Source: Pseudomonadota bacterium (GTDB lineage: Bacteria > Pseudomonadota > Alphaproteobacteria > Sphingomonadales > Sphingomonadaceae). From it: DNA of 64,000 nucleotides. The position numbers were made by a program, and so were the translations under genes. The notes under the pieces were generated by a model. The model was not told the DNA's origin. It did not search any database and saw nothing but the letters and a program-made list of their open reading frames with translations. The stretch is from positions 9,082-73,081 of the forward strand of contig JAZKDN010000014.1 in the NCBI GenBank assembly GCA_040387595.1. Direction: 5' to 3'. Below, piece by piece: positions 1 to 9,124 of this stretch; within the stretch, counting starts at the first letter, position 1, and each line of letters opens with the position of its first letter.

Positions 1-1
1 A

Positions 2-310
2 GCCAACTGGGCGTTTCACGACGCGATAAACCAGGCCTGCGGCAATCGTTTCCTCGCCCACGACTGTTCGAAAATGCTGCGCGGCGTGATGCGCTTGTCG
101 CTGCTTGCCTTCCGCCAGAACAACACCCAATTTGCCAGTTACGGCGATGTCGTCGTGCAGCATCGCGAGCTGATCGAGGCGATCCGCGCGGCCGATGCGG
201 AATTGGCCGAACGGCTGGTCTACGCGCATTCGGACGAGTTCCGCGAACGGATGAAGGCCTTCGTCGCCGGCGTCGCGACACATGACTTCTCGCTCGTCGC
301 ACGCGGCTGA
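2..310 (+). CDS. GntR-family transcriptional regulator, C-terminal FCD (FadR-type) domain; 5' end lies outside the window
   Basis: Frame 2 is open from the window edge to the TGA at 308-310. The translation (ANWAFHDAINQACGNRFL...HRELIEAIRAADAELAERLVYAHSDEF) has the helical pattern of FCD ligand-binding domains. Confidence 0.6.
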   Translation, partial: ANWAFHDAINQACGNRFLAHDCSKMLRGVMRLSLLAFRQNNTQFASYGDVVVQHRELIEAIRAADAELAERLVYAHSDEFRERMKAFVAGVATHDFSLVARG

Positions 311-321
311 GCAGCCGCCGC

Positions 322-1602
322 CTACTCTTCCAGGTCGGCAATGATCCGTCGTCCCGAGGCTGCCATCAGCAACGCCGTCGGGAGCAGTAGCGCCATCACT
401 ATCATCAGCGCATAGCGCAGGCCGGTCGGCCCCTCGGTCGCGCTGAAATGGTCGCTGAGCGCCCCCGTCACGACGGGTCCAAGCCCGAAGCCGAGCAGGT
501 TGCCGAAGAACAGGACGATCGCGATCGCGGTCGCGCGCCGGGCATTGCCACACACGGCGTGGATCGCAGTGAAGGCCGCCGGCAGCGCGGCGTATAGCAA
601 TACCCCACCAAAGGTGCTCACCACCAGGAACCAGGTCAGATCGTCGATCATGAACATCGCCACATTGGGGACGATCGCCAGCCCGAAACCCAGGGCCGGG
701 AACCAGCCGATCCAGCGGCGGTCCCGCGCGGTGAGCCAGTCGCACAGCGCGCCGCCCGCGAGGCTGCCGACCAGCACGGCCATCGCCGACGTCAGGCCGA
801 AGATCGGGCCTGACTCCGCGATCGGGCTGCCGATCACCCGCACCAGATAGGAGGGCACGAAGACCAGCGCGCCATAGGCCGCGAAATGGTAGGTGGTGAA
901 CCCGATCAGCAGCAGTACGAAGGACCGCTTTGACGCCAGGGCGCGGATCGATGCGCCGAAAGGCTCGATCACCCGGGCGCGGGCAGCGGCCGGGTCGATC
1001 TGGCGCGGCTCGACCAGCAGCAGCATGACCAGCACGGCGATCAGCAGCCCCGGCAGGCCGAAGGCGACCAGCGTTATCCGCCAGCCATATGCTGCCACGA
1101 GCTGCGATCCGATCGTCAGGCCGATCAGATAGCCCGCCGTTCCCGACGTCGCGAAAATTCCGATCGCCCGGGCACGCTGGGCGGCGGGAAAATAGTCGAC
1201 GATCAGCGACTGGGCCGGCGGCGTCGCCCCCGCCTCGCCCACACCGACGCCGATCCGCGCGAGCAGCAGGTGCCAGAAGCTCCCTGCCGCCGCGCAGAGC
1301 ATCGTCATGCCGCTCCACACCGTGATCGCTCCTGCGATCAGTAGCTTGCGGTTGCCGCGGTCGGCCCAGCGGGCGATCGGCAGGCCGAGCACCGAGTATA
1401 GCAGCGCGAAGGACAGCCCGCTCAGCAGGCCGAGCTGGGTGTCGGAAACGCCGAACTCCTGCTTGATCGGCTCGAGCAGGACCGAGATCACGACCCGATC
1501 GACCGAACTGGACGTGCCGACCAGGAACAGGATGGCGAGAAGCCCCCAGCGCCGCGCCGGCGAGGGAACGAACCGCAGCGGATCGCCCGTCTGGTCAACC
1601 AC
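322..1602 (-). CDS. MFS transporter
   Basis: Multi-TM hydrophobic pattern and MFS loop motif GLPIARWADRGNRK. Start set at GTG 1602 (VVDQTGDPL...), which overlaps the upstream peptidase stop (GTGGTTGA). ATG 1680 is the alternative start. Confidence 0.8.
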   Translation of the reverse strand: MVDQTGDPLRFVPSPARRWGLLAILFLVGTSSSVDRVVISVLLEPIKQEFGVSDTQLGLLSGLSFALLYSVLGLPIARWADRGNRKLLIAGAITVWSGMTMLCAAAGSFWHLLLARIGVGVGEAGATPPAQSLIVDYFPAAQRARAIGIFATSGTAGYLIGLTIGSQLVAAYGWRITLVAFGLPGLLIAVLVMLLLVEPRQIDPAAARARVIEPFGASIRALASKRSFVLLLIGFTTYHFAAYGALVFVPSYLVRVIGSPIAESGPIFGLTSAMAVLVGSLAGGALCDWLTARDRRWIGWFPALGFGLAIVPNVAMFMIDDLTWFLVVSTFGGVLLYAALPAAFTAIHAVCGNARRATAIAIVLFFGNLLGFGLGPVVTGALSDHFSATEGPTGLRYALMIVMALLLPTALLMAASGRRIIADLEE

Positions 1603-3595
1603 GATGCTGGTCTTCGGCCGGCCGATCCCATTGCCCGAACCAGCGCAGAATGCGGATGCCCTGGTCCACCTGCGCCTCATAGCGGAGCGGGGCGTGCCCC
1701 TCCTCCGGATACAGGGCAAGCTCGGTCGGCACCCCGCGCAGCGCCAGCGCCCGATAGAATTGGGTAGCCTGGCTCGACGGCGTCGTGTGGTCGGCTTCGC
1801 CGGCGATCAGCAGAGTCGGGGTGGCGACTTTGTCAGCATGGCGCAACGGGCTGCGCGCGTCGAAGATCCCGCCGATCTCATAGGGCGACCCCTCAGTGTA
1901 AAGCGCCAGGAACTCGGGATGATGCGCGGTGAAATATTGGCTGCGCATGTCGGTGACCGGCGCCATCGCGCAGGCTGCACGGAATCGGTCGGTGCGCGTC
2001 ACCAGCCAGCTGGTCATATAGCCGCCATAGCTGCCGCCGATCACGAACAGACGATCGGGATCGACGCCATGGCTGGCTACAACATGATCGACGCCGGCCA
2101 GCAGGTCGCGATGATCCGCCCCGCCCCAGTCGCCGATCACGCGCGACGCGAAGTCGAGCCCCCGACCCGAGCTGCCGCGCGGATTGGCGGCAAGCACCGC
2201 ATAGCCCGCACTCACGAGCAGCGCCGCGAAGGGATTGTCGAACGTCCAGCTGTCGCGGAACAGGTGTGAGGGGCCGCCATGGACGAACAACACCAGAGGC
2301 GGCCGCTCGACTCCGGCGGGCTTGGCCAGATAGCCCTTGATCGGCAAGCCCTCGGCGCCCTGCCATTCGATCGCCTGGGCGGCGCCCAGCCGCTGCTGCA
2401 ATGCCAGGATCGGTGCGTCGGCCAGATCGAGCGCCGTGCTCGCGATCCCCGCGCCGTCGATCCGCCGAAGTTGCTGATAGGTGCCGAAGCCGTGGGCGGG
2501 CATGATCAGGCCCTGCCGCCCTATCGGCGCCGCGAACGGCACCTTGCGTCCCGCCGTGCCCGGCGTGCGCCATTCGATTTCGACATTCCCGCTGGCGACA
2601 TCGAGCGTCCCCGCCACCGTTTCAGGAGCGTCGAAACCCGCGAAGAACAGGCGGCCCGGGGCCCGCCAGGCCAAGGCGGACAGCTGGATGCCGATATCGG
2701 GCCGCGTCACTTCCCCGCTCATGCCATCGACCAGGACAAGACTGCCGAGTTGCACGGTGCGGTGGAAGCGCCCTTCGATCAGGGCGACCTGCCGGCCATC
2801 GGGTGATCCCTTCACACCCGCCAGCTCGAGATTCGATTCGGCGATGGTGGCGAAGGCGCCTCCGGTCGCCGGTGCCACGCCGACATGGGTCTGATACCAG
2901 CCGCCCTCGCCGGGATTGGCGGACAGGATTGCGACGATCCGGTCGTCGCCGAGCCAGTCGCATTCCCAGACATTCTGTCCGGCGGCGCCTATGTCGACGA
3001 GGCAGCCGGTCGCCACCTCCCAGATGCGGGCGCGGCGCCACTTCTCGGGACTGTCACTGGTCTCGACGGTCGGCATCCAGCTCGGGCGATCGGCTTCGGC
3101 CGCATGGCCGATACGGGCGGTAGCGGCCGATCCCGCCGCATCGGATCCCGCATCGGCGCTTTGCAGTAGGATGCGGGTGCCATCAGGCGACCAGGCGAAG
3201 CTTTCGACCGCCTCACCTGCGAGCACGACCGTGCCGCGCTGCCGTTCGGGTGTCGCCGCATCGGCGATGACGAGCTGGAAATTGCCGCCCCCCTGATCTC
3301 GGTCCGACAGAAAGGCGATGAGGCGTCCGTCGGGCGACCAGCGCGGATCCGACAGACTGGCGGCCGCGGAGCCGATCCACTGTGGCGCCTGCCCCTCGGC
3401 CAGCAGCATCGATCGCGTCGATGGGAAGCCGCCACCGGCATCATAGACAGGCCCCGAAAGGGCGATACGTCCATCGGTCGGATGCGGTGAAACATGGACG
3501 ATTGCATGGAGCCGGTCGGCGCCGGGCCGATAGATGGTCTCGAAATAATCCGCGACATGCCGCTCGATAGCGCCGAGCGCTTGCTGGTCGATCAT
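1595..3595 (-). CDS. S9-family serine peptidase (prolyl oligopeptidase / acylaminoacyl-peptidase type), no obvious signal peptide
   Basis: Nucleophile elbow VIGGSYGGYMTSW, then GEADHTTP and EEGHAP (Asp and His). N-terminal beta-propeller-like WSPDG repeats. ATG 3595 is preceded by AAGGTGGGA. The 175 upstream residues of the track ORF are R/S/A-rich and overlap the receptor gene. Confidence 0.85.
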   Translation of the reverse strand: MIDQQALGAIERHVADYFETIYRPGADRLHAIVHVSPHPTDGRIALSGPVYDAGGGFPSTRSMLLAEGQAPQWIGSAAASLSDPRWSPDGRLIAFLSDRDQGGGNFQLVIADAATPERQRGTVVLAGEAVESFAWSPDGTRILLQSADAGSDAAGSAATARIGHAAEADRPSWMPTVETSDSPEKWRRARIWEVATGCLVDIGAAGQNVWECDWLGDDRIVAILSANPGEGGWYQTHVGVAPATGGAFATIAESNLELAGVKGSPDGRQVALIEGRFHRTVQLGSLVLVDGMSGEVTRPDIGIQLSALAWRAPGRLFFAGFDAPETVAGTLDVASGNVEIEWRTPGTAGRKVPFAAPIGRQGLIMPAHGFGTYQQLRRIDGAGIASTALDLADAPILALQQRLGAAQAIEWQGAEGLPIKGYLAKPAGVERPPLVLFVHGGPSHLFRDSWTFDNPFAALLVSAGYAVLAANPRGSSGRGLDFASRVIGDWGGADHRDLLAGVDHVVASHGVDPDRLFVIGGSYGGYMTSWLVTRTDRFRAACAMAPVTDMRSQYFTAHHPEFLALYTEGSPYEIGGIFDARSPLRHADKVATPTLLIAGEADHTTPSSQATQFYRALALRGVPTELALYPEEGHAPLRYEAQVDQGIRILRWFGQWDRPAEDQHRG

Positions 3596-3671
3596 CGTCC
3601 CACCTTCATGCCTTTGCCACGTCGTCGCCGCGGACCGCCCGTCGGGGCGATCCGCGGCATCGCTGGTCGGC

Positions 3672-5792
3672 TTAGAGGCCGAACTCCAATTGCAGGCCGA
3701 ACGTCCGGGGACGCAACCGATATTGGAGGGCGCCGAGCTCGACCGCCGGCTGGAGGACGCCTTGCCAATTGTTGGCATTGTCCATGAACAGCGTCGCGGT
3801 CCACTGACTGTCCGCCGCCTTGAGCGCGAAACTGGCCCGGGTCGTAAGCGGATCGCCGCTGACGAAGCGGCGGACAACGCCCGCGCTGAGGATCTGCGCC
3901 GGGATCTTCGAGCGGTAGTTGATCGATCCGGACAGCTTGCCCTCCATCGACCCGACCGGGAAGCTGATGTCGACGAAGCCGCTCGCGGTATATTCGGGCG
4001 AGAAGGCGAGGCGATCGCCGCGGTTGTAGACCGTGATCGGCCCGCCTGCGGTCTGGGTGACGACCGGATCGTCGAGATCCAGACCGTTCCAGCTGAAAGT
4101 TCCGCCGATGTCGAGCCCACGCACCGGCCGCGCCGTCATGGTCAGATCGACGCCGAAACCGCTCGCACCCGACCCGTTGACCGTTGCCGCATAGATGACG
4201 TTGTTCAGATTGACGTTCAGATTCTGCTGAATGTCCTTCCACTTGATATAGTAGAGCGCGGCATCGAAAGTCAGCGCGCCGTCGAGGGTGATGCCCTTGG
4301 CGCCGACCTCGAAATTGTGGAGCCTGTCAGCCTTCACCGGCGGAATGCCGGGCGCCGAACGAATGATCGTCGGGCTCTGGTTGAAACCGCTGCGGAAGCC
4401 CTGCGAGTAGGACGCATAGGCGGTGAAGCTGCGGCTGGGCAGATAGGTGATCACCGCGCGGGGGGTGATGGCGTCGAAGGTTTCGGTACGGCTGGCGAGG
4501 ACCTGCGCCGGATTGCCCGTCACCGGGGTGACCTCGACCTGCGAGACACGGTCGTTGAAGTAGCGCAGGCCGCCGGTGAGCTCGAGCTTGCCGTCGAACA
4601 GGGCCTTGGTCAGCTGGCCGAACACCGCATAGGAGCGCGACTTGTCGCGGAAGTTGATCGGGGCCGGCAGCAGGAACAGCGTCTGGTTGAGATCGTCCTG
4701 CGCGTCGCGATAGAAGGCGCCTGCGGACCAGCGCCAGCTGCCCTCACTGGTCGAGTTGAGCAACAGCTCCTCGGTAAAGATCTTCGAGCGCAGGTCGGTG
4801 TGCAGCGTCTGCAACGCGCCGAGGCTGGTATAATCGCGCTCGCCGACATTGGTGAATTTCAGATAGCTGGTCGCGCTGGTCGCCGTGAAGCCGTCGAAGT
4901 CGTAGCCGATGCGGCCGCTATAGGAGTCATAATCGAGCCGCTGCGGCAGTTTCACAGTCGTCGTCTGGACGCCGCTCGCATTCACGTAATTGGGCGAACC
5001 CTGGTCGATGCGCGAGATCGACACGCCGAGGCCGATGTTGAGGCGCTCGGTCGGCTGGGCGTTGAGCTTGACGCGGACATTGCGGCTCTTGGTGTCATTG
5101 GCATCCTTGACGCCGCGATTGGGCTGGTCGATCCAGCCGCCGGCGTTCTCGAAGCCAGCGACGACGCGGACTGCAAGCTTGTCCTCGACGATCGGCACGT
5201 TGATGGCGGCGTCGCCGCGGTAGCTGGCCTCGCCGCCCTTGGTGGTGGATACCCCGGCGCGGCCCTTCACTTCGAAGCGGTCGAGCCGTGCTTCGTTGGT
5301 CAGCAGCCGGACCACGCCGTTGAGTGCGTTCGCGCCGTACAGCGTGCCCTGCGGGCCGCGGAGCACCTCGATCCGCTCCATATCATAGGCATTGGTGTCG
5401 GGGAGGATCGCCGACTTCACCAGGCCGAAAGGCACCGAGTCGATATAGAAGGCCGAGGTGCTCGACCCGGCAAGCGTGGCGCCATTGGCGGCGACGCCGC
5501 GGATAGCGATCTGGCTGCCGCCGCCTTGCGCGGTGGTGGTCAGGGAGAGGCCCGCGACGTTACGCAGCGCTTCGGTGACACCGCCATTGGATTGCGCGTC
5601 GAGCCGGGCGCCGCCGAGCACGGCAACCGAGATGGGAACATCCTGCAGTCGCTCCTGGCGCTTCTGCGCCGTGACCACGATGTCGCCATCCGCCGCGGCG
5701 TCTGAATCAACCGCGTTCTGAGCATATGCCGCGCCGGCGAGCAGCCAAGCGATGGCCAGCGTCGCCACACCGAATCGCACGCTGCGCTTCAT
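3672..5792 (-). CDS. TonB-dependent outer-membrane receptor
   Basis: Signal peptide MKRSVRFGVATLAIAWLLAGAAYAQ, plug region (DIVVTAQKRQERLQDVPISV, IEVLRGPQGTLYGANA) and a long beta-barrel body. Start at ATG 5792, residue 34 of the track ORF. Confidence 0.85.
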   Translation of the reverse strand: MKRSVRFGVATLAIAWLLAGAAYAQNAVDSDAAADGDIVVTAQKRQERLQDVPISVAVLGGARLDAQSNGGVTEALRNVAGLSLTTTAQGGGSQIAIRGVAANGATLAGSSTSAFYIDSVPFGLVKSAILPDTNAYDMERIEVLRGPQGTLYGANALNGVVRLLTNEARLDRFEVKGRAGVSTTKGGEASYRGDAAINVPIVEDKLAVRVVAGFENAGGWIDQPNRGVKDANDTKSRNVRVKLNAQPTERLNIGLGVSISRIDQGSPNYVNASGVQTTTVKLPQRLDYDSYSGRIGYDFDGFTATSATSYLKFTNVGERDYTSLGALQTLHTDLRSKIFTEELLLNSTSEGSWRWSAGAFYRDAQDDLNQTLFLLPAPINFRDKSRSYAVFGQLTKALFDGKLELTGGLRYFNDRVSQVEVTPVTGNPAQVLASRTETFDAITPRAVITYLPSRSFTAYASYSQGFRSGFNQSPTIIRSAPGIPPVKADRLHNFEVGAKGITLDGALTFDAALYYIKWKDIQQNLNVNLNNVIYAATVNGSGASGFGVDLTMTARPVRGLDIGGTFSWNGLDLDDPVVTQTAGGPITVYNRGDRLAFSPEYTASGFVDISFPVGSMEGKLSGSINYRSKIPAQILSAGVVRRFVSGDPLTTRASFALKAADSQWTATLFMDNANNWQGVLQPAVELGALQYRLRPRTFGLQLEFGL

Positions 5793-5859
5793 AGGATCAC
5801 CCACGTTTTTCCCCTTTTCAAACCTTCGCTTGCTGCGACGGACCTTGCTTGAACACACT

Positions 5860-5880
5860 TTGTATAATCTGTGTAGACAA
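5860..5880. promoter_or_regulatory. Operator copy 1: TTGTATAATCTGTGTAGACAA (dyad TTGTnTA-N7-TAnACAA)
   Basis: Exact 21-bp repeat of 5979-5999. Seven of ten arm positions are self-complementary. It lies 68 nt upstream of the receptor start. Confidence 0.6.
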
Positions 5881-5978
5881 GTCAAGAGCACAGCAAAGCG
5901 CCCCGTTCTTCAGCCCTAAATCTTCCTATCGATGCCGAGAATGCGCGCAGCCAGCGCGACTGGAACGCGCAACGCATA

Positions 5979-5999
5979 TTGTATAATCTGTGTAGACAA
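5979..5999. promoter_or_regulatory. Operator copy 2: TTGTATAATCTGTGTAGACAA, containing a perfect TATAAT hexamer
   Basis: Identical to 5860-5880 and 119 bp from it. It ends 22 nt before the thioesterase ATG (6022). TATAAT at 5982-5987 is a plausible -10 element for the + strand operon. Confidence 0.6.
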
Positions 6000-6021
6000 T
6001 ACGATTTCAGACGATTAGGCC

Positions 6022-6507
6022 ATGATCTCCGAGGCAGAGTGGGAGCGTCCGGTGAATCAGGTGGATCTGAGCGAAAAGGGCGTCGAAACTTTCCGAGGGG
6101 TCGTGCATCCCTGGCTGTGCGACGCGATGGGCCATATGTCCGTCCAGCATCAAATGCCCCTGCTCGACAACGCCGTCTATCATCTGCTCGGCGAGTTCGG
6201 ACCGGTCACCGAGACGATCGATGGCCGCCGCTTTGGCTGGGCCGATGTCCGCCACGAGATTCAGTATGCCGATGAACTGGTGTGCGGCGACCTGCTCATG
6301 CTGCATTCGGGCCTGCTCTCGGTGGGCCGCTCTTCGATCCGCCACCGCACCATCCTGTCACGACGATCCGACGGCCGCGCATGCACGATCATGGAAGGTG
6401 TGACGGTGCGCTTCGATCTCGACGCGCGCGCCTCCGTCCCGCTGACCGATGCCCAGCGCGCCTGTGCGGAGGCGCTGATGCTGCCTTCCCTTCCCAACCC
6501 CCTGTGA
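6022..6507 (+). CDS. Hotdog-fold acyl-CoA thioesterase (4HBT/YbgC-like)
   Basis: 161 aa. The pattern FRGVVHPWLCDAMGHMSVQHQMPLLDNAVYHLL is typical of 4HBT-type thioesterases. Confidence 0.7.
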   Translation: MISEAEWERPVNQVDLSEKGVETFRGVVHPWLCDAMGHMSVQHQMPLLDNAVYHLLGEFGPVTETIDGRRFGWADVRHEIQYADELVCGDLLMLHSGLLSVGRSSIRHRTILSRRSDGRACTIMEGVTVRFDLDARASVPLTDAQRACAEALMLPSLPNPL

Positions 6508-6525
6508 TGTGAGGTTCTGCCAACG

Positions 6526-7284
6526 ATGGAACGGGTACTCGTAACCGGAGCCGGCGACAGCGTCGGCCGCGCCATTGCCGAGCGCTTTCTGGGCCGCGGC
6601 GACAAGGTCCATATCTGCGACGTCCGCGCCGATGCGGTGGCGGCGACCCTGGCGGCCAATCCGGGCCTGACCGGCAGCGTGACCGACGTCGGCGTTCGCA
6701 CCGATGTCGAAAGGCTGTTCGACGACGCGCGCGCCGCGCTCGGCGGGCTGTCCATCCTCGTCAATGTCGTCGGCATGGCCGGTCCGCGCGGTCCGATCGA
6801 AGATCTGGACGAAGACGAATGGGACAAGACCATCGCCGTCAATCTGAGCGGCATGTTCTATTGCATGAAGCGCGCCGTGCCGCTGCTGAAGGCCAATGGC
6901 GGCGGCTCGATCGTCAATTTCTCGACCTGCTCCACCCGCACCGGCATCCCGTTCCGCGCGCCCTATATCGCGTCGAAGGCGGGGGTCGAGGGGCTCACCA
7001 AGAATAGCGCGCGCGAACTGGGACCGTCCGGCATCCGCTGCAACGCGATCCTGCCGGGCATCATCGATAACGATCGGTTCCGCTTCGTCGTGAACCGCAA
7101 CGTCGAAGCGACGGGGCGGAGCTTCGAAGACATCGAGGCGGACTACCTTCGCTACGTGTCGCTGCGCTGCAAGGTCCAGGTCCCGGAATTTGCCGACATG
7201 GTCGAGTTCCTCACTTCGCCCGCCGGCGCGAAGATAACCGGCGAAACGATCGCCCTGAGCGGCAACATGGAATGGGAAGAATAA
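6526..7284 (+). CDS. SDR-family oxidoreductase
   Basis: Rossmann motif VLVTGAGDSVGRAI, an NVVG segment, catalytic YIASKAG (YxxxK). 252 aa. Confidence 0.9.
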   Translation: MERVLVTGAGDSVGRAIAERFLGRGDKVHICDVRADAVAATLAANPGLTGSVTDVGVRTDVERLFDDARAALGGLSILVNVVGMAGPRGPIEDLDEDEWDKTIAVNLSGMFYCMKRAVPLLKANGGGSIVNFSTCSTRTGIPFRAPYIASKAGVEGLTKNSARELGPSGIRCNAILPGIIDNDRFRFVVNRNVEATGRSFEDIEADYLRYVSLRCKVQVPEFADMVEFLTSPAGAKITGETIALSGNMEWEE

Positions 7285-7285
7285 G

Positions 7286-8188
7286 ATGAGCGGGCAGAAG
7301 ACAATCCTGACCTGCGCCGTGACCGGCGGAGCGCCCTATAACCGCAAGCATCCGAGCATGCCGATCACGCCGAAGCAGATCGCCGACGCGTGCATCGAAG
7401 CCGCCTCTGCCGGCGCCAGCATCGTGCACGTCCACGTTCGCGATCCGCAAACCGGCGAGGGCAATCGCGACCGCGCCCATTTCCGCGAGGTGGTCGACCG
7501 CGTCCGCCAGACCGGCACCGACATCGTTCTCAACCTGACCTGCGGCATGGGAGCCTATTTCCTGCCTGACCCTAAGCGCGAGGGGCATATGCTGCCCGGC
7601 AGCGACGTCGTCGGCGTCGACGAGCGCGTCGCGCATGTCGAGGAACTGCTCCCCGAGATCGCGACGCTCGACATCGTCACCAACAACCAGGTCGAGGGGC
7701 CGACCGAATATATCTATTTCAGCCCGACCCATACGCTGCGTGCGATGGCGAAGCGCTTCCAGGCGGCGGGGGTGAAACCCGAGCTGGAGGTGTTCGGCGC
7801 AGGCGACATCCTGTTCGGCAACAAGCTGGTCGAGGAAGGGCTGATCGACGGCCCTGCGATGATGCAGATGGTGCTGGGCGTGCAATGGGCCGCCCCGCAC
7901 GGCGTCGATACCATCCTTTACCAGCGCGGATTGATGGCGCCCGGCACGATCTGGGGCGCCTTTGGCATCGGCCGCGAGCAGATGCCGATGCTGGCCCAGA
8001 CCCTTCTGCTAGGCGGAAATATCCGCGTCGGGCTGGAGGATAATCTCTACATGTCGCGCGGCGTGTGGGCGACCAACGGACAGCTCGTCGAGCGCGCCTA
8101 CTCGGTCGTGGAGGCGATCGGCGGTTACAGCGTTGCCACCCCGGCGGAAACGCGCGAGCTATTGAAGTTGCGTACCCCTGGCAGTTGA
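7286..8188 (+). CDS. BKACE-family (DUF849) beta-keto acid cleavage enzyme
   Basis: N-terminus ILTCAVTGGAPYNRKHPSMPITPKQIADACIEAASAGASIVHVHVRD matches the BKACE TIM-barrel signature, including the HxH zinc ligands. Confidence 0.85.
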   Translation: MSGQKTILTCAVTGGAPYNRKHPSMPITPKQIADACIEAASAGASIVHVHVRDPQTGEGNRDRAHFREVVDRVRQTGTDIVLNLTCGMGAYFLPDPKREGHMLPGSDVVGVDERVAHVEELLPEIATLDIVTNNQVEGPTEYIYFSPTHTLRAMAKRFQAAGVKPELEVFGAGDILFGNKLVEEGLIDGPAMMQMVLGVQWAAPHGVDTILYQRGLMAPGTIWGAFGIGREQMPMLAQTLLLGGNIRVGLEDNLYMSRGVWATNGQLVERAYSVVEAIGGYSVATPAETRELLKLRTPGS

Positions 8189-8194
8189 GGCCCG

Positions 8195-9124
8195 ATGACG
8201 ACCGGTTCGATCCCCTATCTCGATGGCGCGGCGGTTGCCGAGGCAACACCCTTTCCGGCGCTGATCGCAGCGCTGCGCTCGGCCTTTGCCGCGCGCAGCA
8301 CTCACGCGCCTGAACGGCTCAATACCGACATGGACGGCGCGACGCTGCTGCTGATGCCGGCCTGGCGCGACGATCGGGCCGGCGGGGTCAAGATCGTCTC
8401 CGTCGATCCGCGCGAGCGCCCATCGATCCGATCGACCTATATCTTGTCCGATCATCTGGGCGGACCGCCGCGCGCGATCCTCGATGGGACGATGCTTACC
8501 CGCCGTCGCACCGCCGCCGCCTCGGCACTCGCCGCTTCCTATCTCGCCCGGCCGGATTCGCGGACGCTGCTGCTGATCGGCACAGGCGCGCTGATCGCGC
8601 CGCTGGTCGAGGCCTATGGTTGCAGCTTCGCGCTCGACCGCATCCTGATCTGGGGCCGCGATCCCGAGAAGACGGCCGCCGCCGTCGAGGCCAACCGTCC
8701 TTCGGGCTATCCGGTCGAAGCCTGCAGCGATCTCGATGCGGCCATCGCCACGGCCGATATCGTCAGCACCGCGACCTTGGCAACGAAACCGCTGATCCTG
8801 GGCGCGGCGTTACGGCCAGGCATGCATGTCGATCTTATCGGCGCCTTCCGCCCCGATATGTGCGAGGCGGACGGCGCCTGTTTCGCCCGCGCGCGGACCT
8901 TCGTCGACACGCGGCACGGTGCGCTTGCCGAAGCGGGCGACCTGATCCAGGCGATCGCCGCCGGCCATCTCTCCGCCGCTGCGATCGAAGCCGATCTGGC
9001 GGCGCTATGCGACGGATCGCATCGCGGCCGCGACGGCGATGGAAACGCGATCACCCTGTTCAAGTCTGTCGGAACCGGGCTTGAAGACCTTGCCGCCGCG
9101 CGCCTGGCGTTGGGGCTATCATGA
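8195..9124 (+). CDS. Ornithine cyclodeaminase / mu-crystallin family protein (candidate cyclic imine reductase)
   Basis: 309 aa. Family-typical TMLTRRRTAAASALAASYLAR and a GTGALI Rossmann segment. The stop overlaps the next start. Confidence 0.85.
   Translation: MTTGSIPYLDGAAVAEATPFPALIAALRSAFAARSTHAPERLNTDMDGATLLLMPAWRDDRAGGVKIVSVDPRERPSIRSTYILSDHLGGPPRAILDGTMLTRRRTAAASALAASYLARPDSRTLLLIGTGALIAPLVEAYGCSFALDRILIWGRDPEKTAAAVEANRPSGYPVEACSDLDAAIATADIVSTATLATKPLILGAALRPGMHVDLIGAFRPDMCEADGACFARARTFVDTRHGALAEAGDLIQAIAAGHLSAAAIEADLAALCDGSHRGRDGDGNAITLFKSVGTGLEDLAAARLALGLS

Noticed and set aside
3596-4120. The N-terminal 175 residues of the 841-aa track ORF, which would make a much larger peptidase. 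Similar extensions occur on 22712-24892, 23965-25416, 27527-28825, 12517-13617, 50221-51045 and 59352-60320.
   Set aside because: The extensions are Arg/Ser/Ala-rich and overlap neighbouring real genes. They are followed by internal starts with RBS or stop-start coupling, at which the recognisable domain or signal peptide begins.
3690-5705. 671-aa + strand ORF. Similar long ORFs lie at 34577-36166, 39613-40950, 48755-50362, 55302-56786, 57131-59275 and 61292-62533.
   Set aside because: Each lies antisense to a gene with clear family motifs (TonB receptor, catR/MaoC, pcaJ/pcaD, pirin/OsmC, porin, amidohydrolase, serine hydrolase). Each has an R/G/A/D/P-rich low-complexity composition with no motif. 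These are typical shadow ORFs of high-GC DNA.
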